Notes under the pieces: model-generated
What the model saw: only the letters and a program-made list of their open reading frames with translations
Told to the model about the DNA's origin: nothing
Databases searched by the model: none
Program-made: the position numbers and the translations under genes
Shown: in pieces, positions 46,010-57,789 of the stretch
Numbering within the stretch: position 1 is the stretch's first letter
Layout of the letters: the number at the start of each line of letters is the position of its first letter
From: Nannocystales bacterium
Lineage (GTDB): Bacteria; Myxococcota_A; Polyangia; Nannocystales; Nannocystaceae
Reading direction: 5' to 3'
NCBI GenBank assembly: GCA_050633305.1
Contig: JBOEGF010000018.1
Coordinates: 672,001-736,000, forward strand
Length of the DNA stretch: 64,000 nt

Positions 46010-46153
46010 GCAGACGCCCTGGGGGCTCCGATAGCATGTTTTTGGGGGCCGGTCTGGGCCCGGGCGCTACGAGTCCCTGCCGTCAACGCAAACGCCCGGC
46101 GGCCCCGAATCGCGTGGATGCGGAAGCGCCGGGCGGCAGAGGCGTAGACTCGG

Positions 46154-48148
46154 CTAGAACTTGATGCCGACTTGCGCCTGCAGCGTCTGCACCGCGCGAG
46201 CGTCTTCACGCCCGCCGTTGGCCAGGTTGCGGTTGAACGCACCGAGCGGGAAGAGAACGCCGTACTGGATCTGGAAGAAGATCGGCTCTCGCGCGTCGTG
46301 GTAACGCGCTGCGCCGTCGAGCTCGACGCCGTAGCTGAATCGGTTGCCGAGCGTGGACTGACGTTCGACGGCCATCGCGTACTCGATATCCGCCCGAGCG
46401 CTGAAGTGGTCGAAGAAGTAGAAGGCTGCCCACGGCTTGAAGTAGGCCGCGTTCGACACTGTGCCGAGAAGTTCGCGGAACAGCAGCAGATCGGTGTTGT
46501 AGGCCGGGTTGAACCGGAACTGGCTAAACCGACTGTTGTCGTTCTGATTGAGCGGCGAGGCCGGGTCGCTGTCCAGCGGGCTCGCGGTGTCACCCGTGGC
46601 GAAGCCGTGGTCGAAGCCGATGTGGAACCGGTCGTCGAAGAAGCCGTACTTGAACTCCAGCGCGTAACCGAAGTTGAGGATCGACTTCCGGTTGAGCCCG
46701 TCGCTGTTGAGCTCGTTCAGCGAGTTCTGCCCGTCGTCGAGGTCGCTGTCGAAGTCCCGAATCTGGAAACGACCGAAGGTGGCGGCCGCCTCGAGCTCGA
46801 CCCGAAGTGTGCGCCAGTTGACCCGCATCCACGCGTCCGGGGTGACCATCAACGCACGTCGCTGGACGAGGCTGTTGGTGTAGGTCTGGAAGTCGGAGAC
46901 ATCCTCGACGCTCGCGGAGCCGTAGGCGTCGTCGAGGTCTTGGTACCGCAGCCAGCCGATCACGCCGTAGTTGAACACCGGGTTGCCGAGCGAGAGCTTG
47001 CGCTTGAGCATCTCTGGCTCGTCGCGGCGTTCGATCGACGCGGCCCACTGATAGACATTGTCGAACTTCTCGGCGGAGAAGGCCTGGCCGATGGTCCCGC
47101 CTTCGCCGTACTCGGGCCCAAGCAGCTGAGCGGTCGTCGGACCACTGTTGGCCCAGTCCCAGCTCAGGCGGAGCTTGTGGGTCTTGCGACGGTCCTTGCC
47201 GAAGTCGAAGCCCAGGCGGACGGAGTCCACGGAGTCTCCGTGGTCTCGATCGAGCTGCTGGATGATGTCGTCCTTGGCCAGCTTGGAGTAGCCGTTGCCA
47301 CCGTTGGCAACCATTCCCATGCCCCATGACCACGGCATGCGGCCAAACTCGACCTGCAGACCCCACCCGAAGCGGATGTCCCCCCAGGCCCGCTTGACCA
47401 CGACCGAATCCTTGGTGCCCGTCACGCCGGAGGCGGGAGGGTCTTGGCTTCGGGTGTAGAGGTCGAGGGGCGCGTAGGGGTCGCTCCCCAACAACGAGTC
47501 GGGCGTGCTGCCGAGCACCACGTTGTCGAGGATGTCGACCTGGGTGTGTACGTGCACGGTGTCGGTGATGTGCAGCGAAGGCTCGAGGCGCAGGCGCATG
47601 TTCGCGCTCGCGAACCCTTGTCGCCTGTTGCATCGAGTCACCGCGCGCGCCGCTGAGACGCCGCCATCGAGGAGACGGTTGAGGCAGCTGGCATCGTTGG
47701 TGCCGATGATGTTCCCGTCCTCGTCGGTTTCTTGCGACTCCGCCGGGGGATCGAAGAACCGCTGAGGGCGGTCGCCGTCTTCGAGGGTGGCGGGCTCGAG
47801 CAGACCCAGGCCGAGCCGGTGGAAGTAGTCCCCCCGCATCCGCATGTATCCGTTGAGGTCGAACAGCTCGAGTCGGCGAAGTCGGCGAGGCGTGGCAGGG
47901 ACCGGCTCGATCGGGCGCAAGGCTTCTTTGTCCTTGGGCGCCTCCTCGGCAGGTCCTTCCTTCTTCTCTTTGCGACCGCCTCCTCCAGGAGGGGCACCGC
48001 CGGGTCCGATGGGCCCGCCGGGGCCTCCGGCTCCCGGTTGCGCTGCCGCAGTTGTACCGACCCCACCAAGGGCCCCGACCACGAATGACGTGGCCAGTAG
48101 AATGCTTCGAAACGCCGGTACAGGGCGCGAATTCCGGAACCTGGGCAT
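46154..48148 (-). CDS. Myxobacterial outer-membrane beta-barrel protein (TIGR04551-like)
   Basis: Signal peptide, GYMRMRGDYF, ANMRLRLEP..LDNVVLGSTP, FGRMPWSWGMG and C-terminal aromatic (IKF). Confidence 0.75.
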   Translation of the reverse strand: MPRFRNSRPVPAFRSILLATSFVVGALGGVGTTAAAQPGAGGPGGPIGPGGAPPGGGGRKEKKEGPAEEAPKDKEALRPIEPVPATPRRLRRLELFDLNGYMRMRGDYFHRLGLGLLEPATLEDGDRPQRFFDPPAESQETDEDGNIIGTNDASCLNRLLDGGVSAARAVTRCNRRQGFASANMRLRLEPSLHITDTVHVHTQVDILDNVVLGSTPDSLLGSDPYAPLDLYTRSQDPPASGVTGTKDSVVVKRAWGDIRFGWGLQVEFGRMPWSWGMGMVANGGNGYSKLAKDDIIQQLDRDHGDSVDSVRLGFDFGKDRRKTHKLRLSWDWANSGPTTAQLLGPEYGEGGTIGQAFSAEKFDNVYQWAASIERRDEPEMLKRKLSLGNPVFNYGVIGWLRYQDLDDAYGSASVEDVSDFQTYTNSLVQRRALMVTPDAWMRVNWRTLRVELEAAATFGRFQIRDFDSDLDDGQNSLNELNSDGLNRKSILNFGYALEFKYGFFDDRFHIGFDHGFATGDTASPLDSDPASPLNQNDNSRFSQFRFNPAYNTDLLLFRELLGTVSNAAYFKPWAAFYFFDHFSARADIEYAMAVERQSTLGNRFSYGVELDGAARYHDAREPIFFQIQYGVLFPLGAFNRNLANGGREDARAVQTLQAQVGIKF

Positions 48149-48268
48149 GAAAGGCGCTGCACGCTATCAGCGCGTTGTCGCACCCGTCAACCGCGTTGGG
48201 ACCTCGTCGCAGCGGGGTGTGCGGTGCGTTCTGCGGGTCGCTCGTTGATGCCGTAGCCTGCGAGCGTC

Positions 48269-49333
48269 ATGACGAGCCCTTGGCAACCTGGACAGCTGTT
48301 GTTTGCTGGCTTCGAGGGCAAGAGCGTGCCCTCCGAGCTTGCGCGGTTGATCGAGCAAGGCCGAGTCGGCGGTGTGATCCTGTTCACTCGGAACCTCGGA
48401 GATCCCCGACACGTCGCGGGGCTGGTGTCGTCACTGCGCGCGTTGGCGCCGGAGCGTGCGCCGCTGACGGTCGCCGTCGACCAAGAGGGGGGGCGGGTGC
48501 AGCGGTTTCGATCGCCGTGGACGCAATGGCCACCCATGCGTCAGCTCGGCGATGTCGACGACCTGGAGCTGACCCGAGCGTTCGCCGACGCGATGGCATT
48601 GGAGCTGACGCAGCTGGGGATCGGCCTGAACTTCGCGCCGGTGATGGATGTCGACACGAACCCTGCGAACCCGGTGATCGGTGACCGCAGCTTTGGTGCC
48701 GACGCGGAACGTGTTTCACGACATGGGGTCGCGTTCATCGAACGGCTGCAGGCGCTGCAGATCGCGGCCTGTGCAAAACACTTCCCCGGCCACGGCGACA
48801 CCCATCAAGACTCGCATCTCGCCTTGCCGCGGCTTCCTCATTCCCTCGAGCGCTTGCAGCAGGTTGAACTCAAACCGTTCGTTGCGGCCGCGGAGGCGAA
48901 GGTTGCCGCGATGATGAGCGCGCACGTCGTCTTCGAGGCGGTGGATCCGAAACGTCCGGGCACGTTGTCTCCGCCGGTCATCGAGCTGCTCCGCGAAGAG
49001 ATCGGATTCGACGGGTTGGTGTTCAGTGACGACCTCGAAATGAAGGCGATCGCGGATCACTACACGCCCAAGCAATTCGTCGTCGGCGCCCTCAAGGCGG
49101 GGGTCGACGCTTTGCTCGTGTGCCGTTCGCTCGACCTGGTCACCGAAACCCTCTCGCGGCTCGAGGCGCTCCCCGACCCGACCATCGAGCGTGCCGTGGA
49201 ACGGATGGTGGCGTTCAAGGCCGCGTTCCCGCCGCCACCGATGCCCGACCCGAAGTCCCCTGCGGCTGTGCCGTACCCTGAGCACGAGGCGCTGGCGAAG
49301 CGTATTGCCGACGGCATCCCGCTTTCGCGGTAG
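48269..49333 (+). CDS. nagZ: Beta-N-acetylhexosaminidase (GH3)
   Basis: [20 protein letters not shown] and SDDLEM. Confidence 0.95.
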   Translation: MTSPWQPGQLLFAGFEGKSVPSELARLIEQGRVGGVILFTRNLGDPRHVAGLVSSLRALAPERAPLTVAVDQEGGRVQRFRSPWTQWPPMRQLGDVDDLELTRAFADAMALELTQLGIGLNFAPVMDVDTNPANPVIGDRSFGADAERVSRHGVAFIERLQALQIAACAKHFPGHGDTHQDSHLALPRLPHSLERLQQVELKPFVAAAEAKVAAMMSAHVVFEAVDPKRPGTLSPPVIELLREEIGFDGLVFSDDLEMKAIADHYTPKQFVVGALKAGVDALLVCRSLDLVTETLSRLEALPDPTIERAVERMVAFKAAFPPPPMPDPKSPAAVPYPEHEALAKRIADGIPLSR

Positions 49334-49343
49334 GGTCCCGCCC

Positions 49344-50138
49344 GTGGACGCGTACCTCGACTTGCTCCGAGACGTACTCGACAACGGCGTCGAGCGTAGC
49401 GATCGAACCGGGACCGGCACGCTCGGCGTGTTCGGGAGACAGCTCCGCTTCGACTTGGAGGAGGGGTTCCCGCTGCTCACCACGAAGAAGGTGCACCTGC
49501 GCTCGATCGTTCACGAGCTGCTGTGGTTCCTGCGCGGTGACACCAACGTCGCGTACCTGCAGGAGCACGGGGTTCGGATCTGGAACGAGTGGGCTCGCGA
49601 GGACGGGGACCTCGGTCCGATCTATGGCAAGCAGTGGCGAGCCTGGGGGACGCCGAGCGGGGAGAGCATCGATCAGATCGCCAACGTTCTCGATCAGATC
49701 CAAAACAACCCCACCTCGCGCCGCATGATCGTCAACGCGTGGAACGTGGGCGAGCTGGCCGACATGGCGCTGTCGCCCTGCCATTGCCTGTTCCAGTTCT
49801 TCGTGGCCGAGGGCCGGCTGTCGTGCCAGCTGTATCAGCGCTCCGCGGATGTCTTCCTTGGCGTGCCGTTCAACATCGCCAGCTACGCGCTGCTGACCAT
49901 GATGATCGCGAGGGTGACCGGGCTGCGCCCCGGGGAGTTTGTGCACTCGTTCGGCGACACGCACCTGTATCTGAACCATGTCGAGCAGGCTCGGGAGCAG
50001 CTGACCCGGACGCCGCGCTCGTTGCCGGTCATGAAGATCCTGCGCACCCCGCCAACTCTCTTCGACTTCGAGTACGAGGACTTCGCGCTGGAGGGATACG
50101 ATCCTCTCCCACACATCAAGGCGGCGGTCTCGGTATGA
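49344..50138 (+). CDS. thyA: Thymidylate synthase
   Basis: [18 protein letters not shown] and [14 protein letters not shown]; 264 aa. Confidence 0.98.
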   Translation: MDAYLDLLRDVLDNGVERSDRTGTGTLGVFGRQLRFDLEEGFPLLTTKKVHLRSIVHELLWFLRGDTNVAYLQEHGVRIWNEWAREDGDLGPIYGKQWRAWGTPSGESIDQIANVLDQIQNNPTSRRMIVNAWNVGELADMALSPCHCLFQFFVAEGRLSCQLYQRSADVFLGVPFNIASYALLTMMIARVTGLRPGEFVHSFGDTHLYLNHVEQAREQLTRTPRSLPVMKILRTPPTLFDFEYEDFALEGYDPLPHIKAAVSV

Positions 50139-50629
50139 AGGTCTCGCTCATCGTCGGCCGCGCTCGCAACGGCGTGATCGGACGCGAGGGCGATCTTCCG
50201 TGGCGACTTCCGGCGGACTTGGCTCAGTTCAAGCGCCGCACCATGGGGCATCACCTCATCATGGGTCGTCGGACGTTCGAGTCGTTACCCGGGATCTTGC
50301 CCGGACGCCCACACGTCGTTCTGACTCGCGACCCCAGTTTCGAGCGGGACGGGGTCCGCGTCTGTTCGAGCCTCGATGCTGCCCTCGAGGTGGCGCGTGC
50401 TGCGGGCGACGACGAGGCCTTCGTGATCGGGGGCGGAGTTGTTTATCGGGAGGCGCTCAGCCTCGCTGACCGGGTGTATCTGACGCGGGTCCACGCCGAC
50501 GTTGAAGGCGACGTGACGTTCGACGAGCTCGACGCGACGCGTTGGGATGAGGTCGAGCGCGAAGACAAAGAAGCCGACGACCGCAACGCACACTCCTTCT
50601 CGGTGTGCGTGTACGAGCGCCGGCGCTGA
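50135..50629 (+). CDS. folA: Dihydrofolate reductase
   Basis: [19 protein letters not shown] and VIGGG. ATGA overlap with thyA. Confidence 0.97.
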   Translation: MKVSLIVGRARNGVIGREGDLPWRLPADLAQFKRRTMGHHLIMGRRTFESLPGILPGRPHVVLTRDPSFERDGVRVCSSLDAALEVARAAGDDEAFVIGGGVVYREALSLADRVYLTRVHADVEGDVTFDELDATRWDEVEREDKEADDRNAHSFSVCVYERRR

Positions 50630-50691
50630 GGAACGGGCAGGCTGCTGCCGGCCTGGCCGGATCACCGTGGTGGTCCGGGGGCGTAGGAGGG

Positions 50692-51225
50692 CTACATGCC
50701 CGGGACGCCCTCGATCTTGACCTTGCCGTCCTTACCGACTTCAACCTTCGTACCGTCGGCACCCTTGATCGTGGTCTTGCCGTTTTTCGTCTTGACGACC
50801 GAGCCGTCCGCACCCTCGACGTCCGTGTTCCCGTCCTTGGTTTTTACGGCGTTGCCCTGGCCATCTTTGGCTTCGACGCCGCCCTTGCCGTCGACCTTGG
50901 CTTCGTTGCCCTGACCGTCCTTCGCGTCGACGGTCCCATCGGCACCGACCTTGACCGCGTTGCCTTGACCGTCGGCGGCCTTGATCGTGCCGTCGGCGCC
51001 GACCTTGACTGCGTTGCCCGCACTGTCCTTGGCTTCAGCACTGCCATCTGCGGCCGCGCCAACGGCAGCTGCGCCGTCCTTCTTGTCCGCGTCCTTTCCG
51101 GCCTTGCCGTCGTCCTTCTTCTCAGACTTCGTGGCGTCCTTGTCGGTCGCAGACTTGGCCGCGTCGTCGCAACCCCCCAACGAAAGCGCCAGAGCGAGGG
51201 TGGAAACACTAAGCAGTGTCTTCAT
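50692..51225 (-). CDS. Lipoprotein with about four 18-aa beta-hairpin-like repeats
   Basis: LGGC lipobox and repeats of xAKDGQGNAVKVGADGTV. Confidence 0.75.
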   Translation of the reverse strand: MKTLLSVSTLALALSLGGCDDAAKSATDKDATKSEKKDDGKAGKDADKKDGAAAVGAAADGSAEAKDSAGNAVKVGADGTIKAADGQGNAVKVGADGTVDAKDGQGNEAKVDGKGGVEAKDGQGNAVKTKDGNTDVEGADGSVVKTKNGKTTIKGADGTKVEVGKDGKVKIEGVPGM

Positions 51226-51412
51226 GGCGGAAGCATACCCTCCGGTCGACCGGACGGTGGCGGGGCCGGCGCAGGTGTCGGTGCGGGTGTGCGACTGCCG
51301 GACGGCGATCCGTCCCATAGTGGGGACCTGTTTGGGACCTCTGGCTTTCGCCGCACGAGGGCATCACGGATACTCAAGGCGCCCACGATTTTTCTCGGGC
51401 GGGTAGGTGGCG

Positions 51413-52288
51413 ATGAGTGTGATGACCACGATGGCAGCGGGTTTGTTGGCGGCGGCAGTCCTTTCAGAGGGCTCACCACCTGCGCAGGAAGTCGGGCCTC
51501 CGGTTCTGACGGGTTCGCTCGAGACCGGACTCTACGCGGGGCAGCAGCCGGAGCAGGACGCGGTTGTCGCCTCGCCACGCTTGCAGCTCGGGGTTCGCGC
51601 GCGCCCGGAGGTCGAACTCAGGGTCTCGCTCGGCGTGGCTTCTCTCACCGCGCAACATCAGCGCGACGGCCGGGTCCGCGCACAAGGACCCGGCAACTTC
51701 GTCTTCGGCGCAGGCTGGGTGAGGGACGGACTGGATGAGCGACACCGAGGACACCTCGGGTTTGCGTTCTCCTTGCCCACCACACTCGACCCGAGTCCTC
51801 ACGTGCTCGATGCGCATCGCCTGGCCCGGGCCACTCGAGGTGGTTTGAACGCGTGGGAGTGGTCGCCCGCGACGATGGGCGTGCTGGTGCCCGTGGGTTG
51901 GTCGATGCATGAGCGGCGCTTCGACGTTGGCGTCGAGGGAGTCCTGGGCGGGCTGTTCTCGGCGGCGGGTGATCTCGATGACCCGGGGTTCGTTGGGCAG
52001 GTTCGCGGCGCGGCCGCAGTCCACGTCTGGAGAGCCCGACTGGGCGGGGCGTTGGCTGCCGTTTACAACGGCCGTGAAGAACTCGGTGCCGTGCAAACCA
52101 GCGTGCAGCCCTTCGTCGACCTCGCGTTGTGCCGGACAAAGCGACTCGCGACGTGTGGTCTCCACCTCGACGCGAGGGCGACCGTCAATGTGGACGCGCC
52201 GTATGGCTACGGACCCGAGGGCATGAGGGTCTGGGGGACCATCGTTGGCCTGCGGTGGACAGTCCGCGACCCACCGAGCGAGACGTAG
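51413..52288 (+). CDS. Hypothetical exported protein, possible outer-membrane beta-barrel
   Basis: Signal-like N-terminus, alternating hydrophobic strands and WGTIVGLRW near the C-terminus. Confidence 0.55.
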   Translation: MSVMTTMAAGLLAAAVLSEGSPPAQEVGPPVLTGSLETGLYAGQQPEQDAVVASPRLQLGVRARPEVELRVSLGVASLTAQHQRDGRVRAQGPGNFVFGAGWVRDGLDERHRGHLGFAFSLPTTLDPSPHVLDAHRLARATRGGLNAWEWSPATMGVLVPVGWSMHERRFDVGVEGVLGGLFSAAGDLDDPGFVGQVRGAAAVHVWRARLGGALAAVYNGREELGAVQTSVQPFVDLALCRTKRLATCGLHLDARATVNVDAPYGYGPEGMRVWGTIVGLRWTVRDPPSET

Positions 52289-52782
52289 TTCTCGAGCGAG
52301 TCCTTCGGGACTCGACCGATGGTTGGAGCCCGGATCGTTTTCGATTCGGGCTCTTTCGTTTGTGCTCCGACGGACCTCAGATGCGTGGCGCGACGGCACA
52401 CACGGCGAACTGACCGAAGGCCCCCGAGCGTCGCTTCGAGCTTCGAAAAAACGCCTCGGCGACTGACCCTTCACCACTGCACACACGCGAGATGTTCGGA
52501 TGTTTCCTACAAAATCCGAAAAAGCTTAAACACCGCGTAGCGCTCGAAAGTGGACCCCTACAGGCATTTTCTCGAACGCGTTGCGCCACAGCACAACCCC
52601 GAGCTCCACGGGTTGCGGTGCGTGCTCATCCGTCTAAACTTTGTGGGCTTGGAGCAACCCACTTCCGTGTTGTCCGAATAGGACGACGGAGGTCGAGGCC
52701 CGCTTCCACCGCGAGCACAGATCCGGGAAAAAATCCCATCCTTCTTGAGAACCCGAGACGACAAACCTAGTCTGGAAACAAC

Positions 52783-53400
52783 ATGCGCGATTCGAAGCTG
52801 ACGTTGATGCTCATTGGACTCCTTGGAGGTGCCCTTGTGCCCGCCGGGTGTTTCATCACCACTGAATCTGACCGGTACACCGATACCGAGGGCGACGTGA
52901 ACCCTTCCGGTGGGGGCAGCGGATCGAATCCGTGTGAAGTGGGTGCGCCGGGCTGCCCGTGCACCAACTCCGGGACCTGCGACCCGAACCTTCAGTGCGT
53001 CGAGAACACATCCATCGGTGCCAGCTGGTGTTTGCTTCCCGACTGCACGGGCTCGCTCGGCTGTGAGTGCACGATGGGCGGCACCTGTGACACCGGGCTT
53101 CTGTGCGCCGACATCGGTTCCGACCCCGGCATCTGTGTCGACGACGACCCATGCCTCGATGTGGACATCGGCACCGAGGGCTGTCAGTGCACCCAGGGCG
53201 GAGGCTGCGATACCGCTTTGAGCTGCGTGTCCGGGCTTTGCGTGGACGTTCCCTCCAGCGGTACCAGCGGCTCCACCGATCCGACCGAAGGTCAGACCAC
53301 CTCCGGTGGTGACACCTCCAGCAGCACCAGCGGTGCGGACGAATCCAGCGGTGGCAGCGTGGACACCAGCGGCGGCGTCGCTCCCACCACGGGCAGCTGA
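52783..53400 (+). CDS. Cys-rich lipoprotein with three GxxGCxC..CD..LxC modules
   Basis: PAGC lipobox, three repeated modules and a Ser/Thr/Gly tail. Confidence 0.8.
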   Translation: MRDSKLTLMLIGLLGGALVPAGCFITTESDRYTDTEGDVNPSGGGSGSNPCEVGAPGCPCTNSGTCDPNLQCVENTSIGASWCLLPDCTGSLGCECTMGGTCDTGLLCADIGSDPGICVDDDPCLDVDIGTEGCQCTQGGGCDTALSCVSGLCVDVPSSGTSGSTDPTEGQTTSGGDTSSSTSGADESSGGSVDTSGGVAPTTGS

Positions 53401-53484
53401 ACCTTCCATCGACGACTTTGACGCGTCAGCCGAGGCTCCGAGCGATTCGCTCGGGGCCTTCGTGCGTTTGTGGACCCCGCAGAA

Positions 53485-55578
53485 CTACGTCGCCGGACGA
53501 CTTCGCCACCGCAGCACGGCTTCGAGTCCGAGCAGGGCGAGCGCAAGCCAAACGAGCCAACGCCACTGCGGCACGTTGACCGCGACACGACCCTCGATGC
53601 CCTCTGAAGACGCTCCCTCGGATTGCACTCGAGCGGTCTGAGACTCTGAAGGGTCGACTTCGACCGAGAACACAGCCTGCTGCGCGCCTTCGCTACGCAC
53701 GGTGTAGTGCCCGGCGACGAATGTGTCTTCGAACGCCACCGCGCCCTCGCTGGGGGCGAGCGAAACCTCGGTACCCTGCGGAGTCACGAAGACGACGGGT
53801 CCTCGCGCTCGCTCGCGACGGGTTTCTCCGGCCGTGAGCCGTGCTCCGACGCCGCCGGACTGCGTGTCCCCGAGGTAGCTCAAGACACCCGACACCATCG
53901 ATACGAATCCCGGGCGCAGCGGGAGGTCCGCCCAGTCTCGGTCGATCGATGTGGTCAACATCGCGACGCGGCCCCCGTCGACAGTCCGCGTGAGGAGGGC
54001 GGGAGCTCCAGAGGTGAAGGACAGGGCGATGCTGGCCTCACGCCGGGGGTCCGGCTCGAGGAGCATGACACGCCGGGCGACCGTTCCCGAGAGTCCGACG
54101 TCTCCATCGAGCCCCGCGAACACCGGATGTCCGAGGTCTGCGGGCGCGATGCCTTCGACCCGTGCCTCGGTGCGGCCCGGCGCGGTGCCGACTTGGACTG
54201 GCCCTCGCATCATCAGCGGAAGGATCGGACCGAACGCGCGGTTGTAGGCGGTCGCGTCGACTCGGTCACCCACGCTGACAAAGACCCCCATGCCACCGCG
54301 GACGCGTTCGATGACCGCACCGGCAACAGCGGGGTCGGGCGCGCGAACGTTGGCGAAGACCAAGACGTCGATGTCCGAGAGTCCTGCGGCACCTTGTTTG
54401 CGAACCCTTTGTGCGAGTTGATCCGGAGCAACCGAGCGGACCCGGACCGTCCGGTCCTCGTTCTGTGCGGCGACGGCGGTGGTCAGGAAGAAGACTTCGT
54501 CGTGCGCTCGGAGCTCGCTCGGGTCGCCGTTGACGACAGCGATCTCGGTTGCGTCTTCGGCCGCAAGCCACAGGTGTCGGCGGTCATCGCTGGGCAGGGG
54601 GTCATCGTCCGGGTCGAGCAGCGCGACGGTGGCCGGGAGGATGTCCGCATCCTCGAGCAGCGTGTGGGTGAACTGGACCGGGACCGCCTCGTCCGGCGGC
54701 AACAAGACCGCGGCGCGGGCGACCTCAGCTTCTCCGATGAAGAGGCCGACCGTCACAGACCTGGCCTCAGCGCCTTCGTCGGCACCGAAGCGCTGCAAGG
54801 TTGCGTCGACACGTGCAGCACGAGGGTCGAGGTCAGGCGCGGGCTCCCACTGGAGGTCGATGATCGCGACGTGTTCGGGAAGCGGTACGTCATCTTCGAT
54901 GGCGGGGATCGGGAGGACGATTGCGCCGCCTTCGGCCGTGGTGGGGAGCGACGCGAGGCCGGCTTCGGTACTGTCCCCCACCGCATAGACGACGCGTTTC
55001 CGATCGTTGGACCCGTTCTCTCGCAGCATGCGTGCGGCTGCGGGGAGCGATGAGGCCAACGGCCATGCGCCGGCCCGTGGCACGTCGCGTTCGAGCCAGC
55101 GTTCGAGGGCTTCTTGGACGCGGGACGGGTCGGCGGTGGGGTCGATTCGAGGACCCTCGGGGTCGGTGGTGACCAGCCCGATGCGGCTTCCCGCGGGGAG
55201 CGAGCTGAGCAAAGTGTCGGCCTGTTCCTTGGCGTGCTCGAGCAAGGTCTTTCCATCGACCCGAAGACCCATGCTGCGAGACCCATCGACGAGCAGGACT
55301 GCGTCGTGAGGCTCAGCGACCATCGTGAGACCGCCATCGTGTTCGGTCGCGGGCCGGGCGAGGGCGAAGAGGAGGAGGCCGAGAAGCAGAAACCGGACGA
55401 TGAGCAGCGGGAGGTCGCGCAGTGACCGGCGGCGGGTCACGGAGGGTTCCGCCGTGGGCAGGAACCGCATCGCGCCGAAGCGGATCTCCAGCGGACGCTC
55501 CCGCCCGAGCAGGTGCGCGATGACAGGGGCTGCAAGACCGAACAGGCCGAGCAGCAGCGCGGGCGCCAGAAAACTCAT
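53485..55578 (-). CDS. BatA/double-TM N-terminal + vWA domain protein
   Basis: FLAP..L..PVIAHL..F..MRFL..LL..R....ALARP, DGSRSM MIDAS-like motif and a C-terminal TM. Confidence 0.88.
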   Translation of the reverse strand: MSFLAPALLLGLFGLAAPVIAHLLGRERPLEIRFGAMRFLPTAEPSVTRRRSLRDLPLLIVRFLLLGLLLFALARPATEHDGGLTMVAEPHDAVLLVDGSRSMGLRVDGKTLLEHAKEQADTLLSSLPAGSRIGLVTTDPEGPRIDPTADPSRVQEALERWLERDVPRAGAWPLASSLPAAARMLRENGSNDRKRVVYAVGDSTEAGLASLPTTAEGGAIVLPIPAIEDDVPLPEHVAIIDLQWEPAPDLDPRAARVDATLQRFGADEGAEARSVTVGLFIGEAEVARAAVLLPPDEAVPVQFTHTLLEDADILPATVALLDPDDDPLPSDDRRHLWLAAEDATEIAVVNGDPSELRAHDEVFFLTTAVAAQNEDRTVRVRSVAPDQLAQRVRKQGAAGLSDIDVLVFANVRAPDPAVAGAVIERVRGGMGVFVSVGDRVDATAYNRAFGPILPLMMRGPVQVGTAPGRTEARVEGIAPADLGHPVFAGLDGDVGLSGTVARRVMLLEPDPRREASIALSFTSGAPALLTRTVDGGRVAMLTTSIDRDWADLPLRPGFVSMVSGVLSYLGDTQSGGVGARLTAGETRRERARGPVVFVTPQGTEVSLAPSEGAVAFEDTFVAGHYTVRSEGAQQAVFSVEVDPSESQTARVQSEGASSEGIEGRVAVNVPQWRWLVWLALALLGLEAVLRWRSRPAT

Positions 55579-56546
55579 GCCGCATCTCCTTCGGGGACCA
55601 CACCTTCGAGACGAGCGAGCAGTCCCAGGAAGGACTCGACGATGTCGCCGTCGGTGCGGACCGTGTGGAGCAGCAGCCCCTCTCGGTCACAGCGTTCGGA
55701 GAGCCGGGCTTGGTGTGCCCGTATCGCTTCGAGGTAGCCCTCGCGGATGGCTGCGGCTGCGCCTTCTTTCGGTTTCCGAAGCCCGAACAGGTCGGTGAAT
55801 CTCAGGGTGGTCCGGTCGGTCCAGGGGAACTCGAGTTCGTCTCGGTGAAGGACCTGGAGAAGCACCACATCGTGGCCGCGGGCCCGGATCGACCCCAGCG
55901 CCCCGATCAGAGCGCGGTCGGCCTCGTCATCCTGAGGTTGTCCATCGCCGCTGGGGTCCAGAAAGTCCGACACCACGACGACCACGCTGCGGCGTGGCAA
56001 CCGGGGCGTCATGGCCTCGAGGAGGGGCAGCCAAGGGCAGGTTCCGGCGGGCTCGACATCGCCAAGCTGGGCGGCGAAACCGGCGAGGCGTTCGGGGCTG
56101 GAGCTGGGCCTCGCCAAGGCGTCCTCGAGTGTGCCTTCGCGACCGGTCACCAAGGCGACCGGATCGCCTTGGCCCGATGCGAGCCAAGCCAGACCGCCGA
56201 CGAGGGAGCGTGCATAGCTCAGCTTTTGCGCATCGCCTTTGCCGTAGGCCATCGCGCCGCCCAGGTCGGCGGCGAAGACCACTGAGAGCTCGTCCTCGGC
56301 CTCGGTTTGGCGGAGGACGAGTCGCTCGCGGCGAGCGATCGCCCGCCAGTCGAGGCGTCGCGGATCATCGCCAGGGACGTAGGCTCGGTGGTCTCGGAAG
56401 TCGAGGCCGACCCCGGCACGAGCCGAACGGTGCCGTCCGAGACGGCGGCCGAACACGGGCCGTTGCAACACCAAGGCTCGCGCACGCAACAGCTCCCGCA
56501 GCTGAGCGGGGACGAGCGAGGCCAGCGGCAGGGCACGCTCGCTCAT
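55575..56546 (-). CDS. DUF58 domain protein
   Basis: GRHRS..G.G.DFRDHRAYVPGDDPRRLDWR and VVVSDF. Confidence 0.92.
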   Translation of the reverse strand: MSERALPLASLVPAQLRELLRARALVLQRPVFGRRLGRHRSARAGVGLDFRDHRAYVPGDDPRRLDWRAIARRERLVLRQTEAEDELSVVFAADLGGAMAYGKGDAQKLSYARSLVGGLAWLASGQGDPVALVTGREGTLEDALARPSSSPERLAGFAAQLGDVEPAGTCPWLPLLEAMTPRLPRRSVVVVVSDFLDPSGDGQPQDDEADRALIGALGSIRARGHDVVLLQVLHRDELEFPWTDRTTLRFTDLFGLRKPKEGAAAAIREGYLEAIRAHQARLSERCDREGLLLHTVRTDGDIVESFLGLLARLEGVVPEGDAA

Positions 56547-56551
56547 CGGGG

Positions 56552-57562
<1,011 letters not shown>

Positions 57563-57789
57563 GGACAAAGCTGCCAGTGGTATAGCCCGCCACATGGGCG
57601 CCCGTCACATCCGGACGCCCACACCTCGCCGATTCTCACAGACTCGCATCGCGCGCCGCGGATGATCGTAAATACGGTGCGTTGCAGTGAAACGATGTTC
57701 GTTGAAAGAGGGCGTCAGGTGGGCCAGATTCACCGGTACACTCAACCCGAGGTCGGACAAAATCCGGCGAAATACGGAGAATCAAAACG

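Noticed and set aside
42543..50138. Intein or intron in recA or thyA
   Set aside because: Both are contiguous and of normal length (376 and 264 aa).
57600..57789. Riboswitch upstream of moeB
   Set aside because: I could not identify Moco or SAM riboswitch consensus elements by eye; an Rfam scan would be needed.
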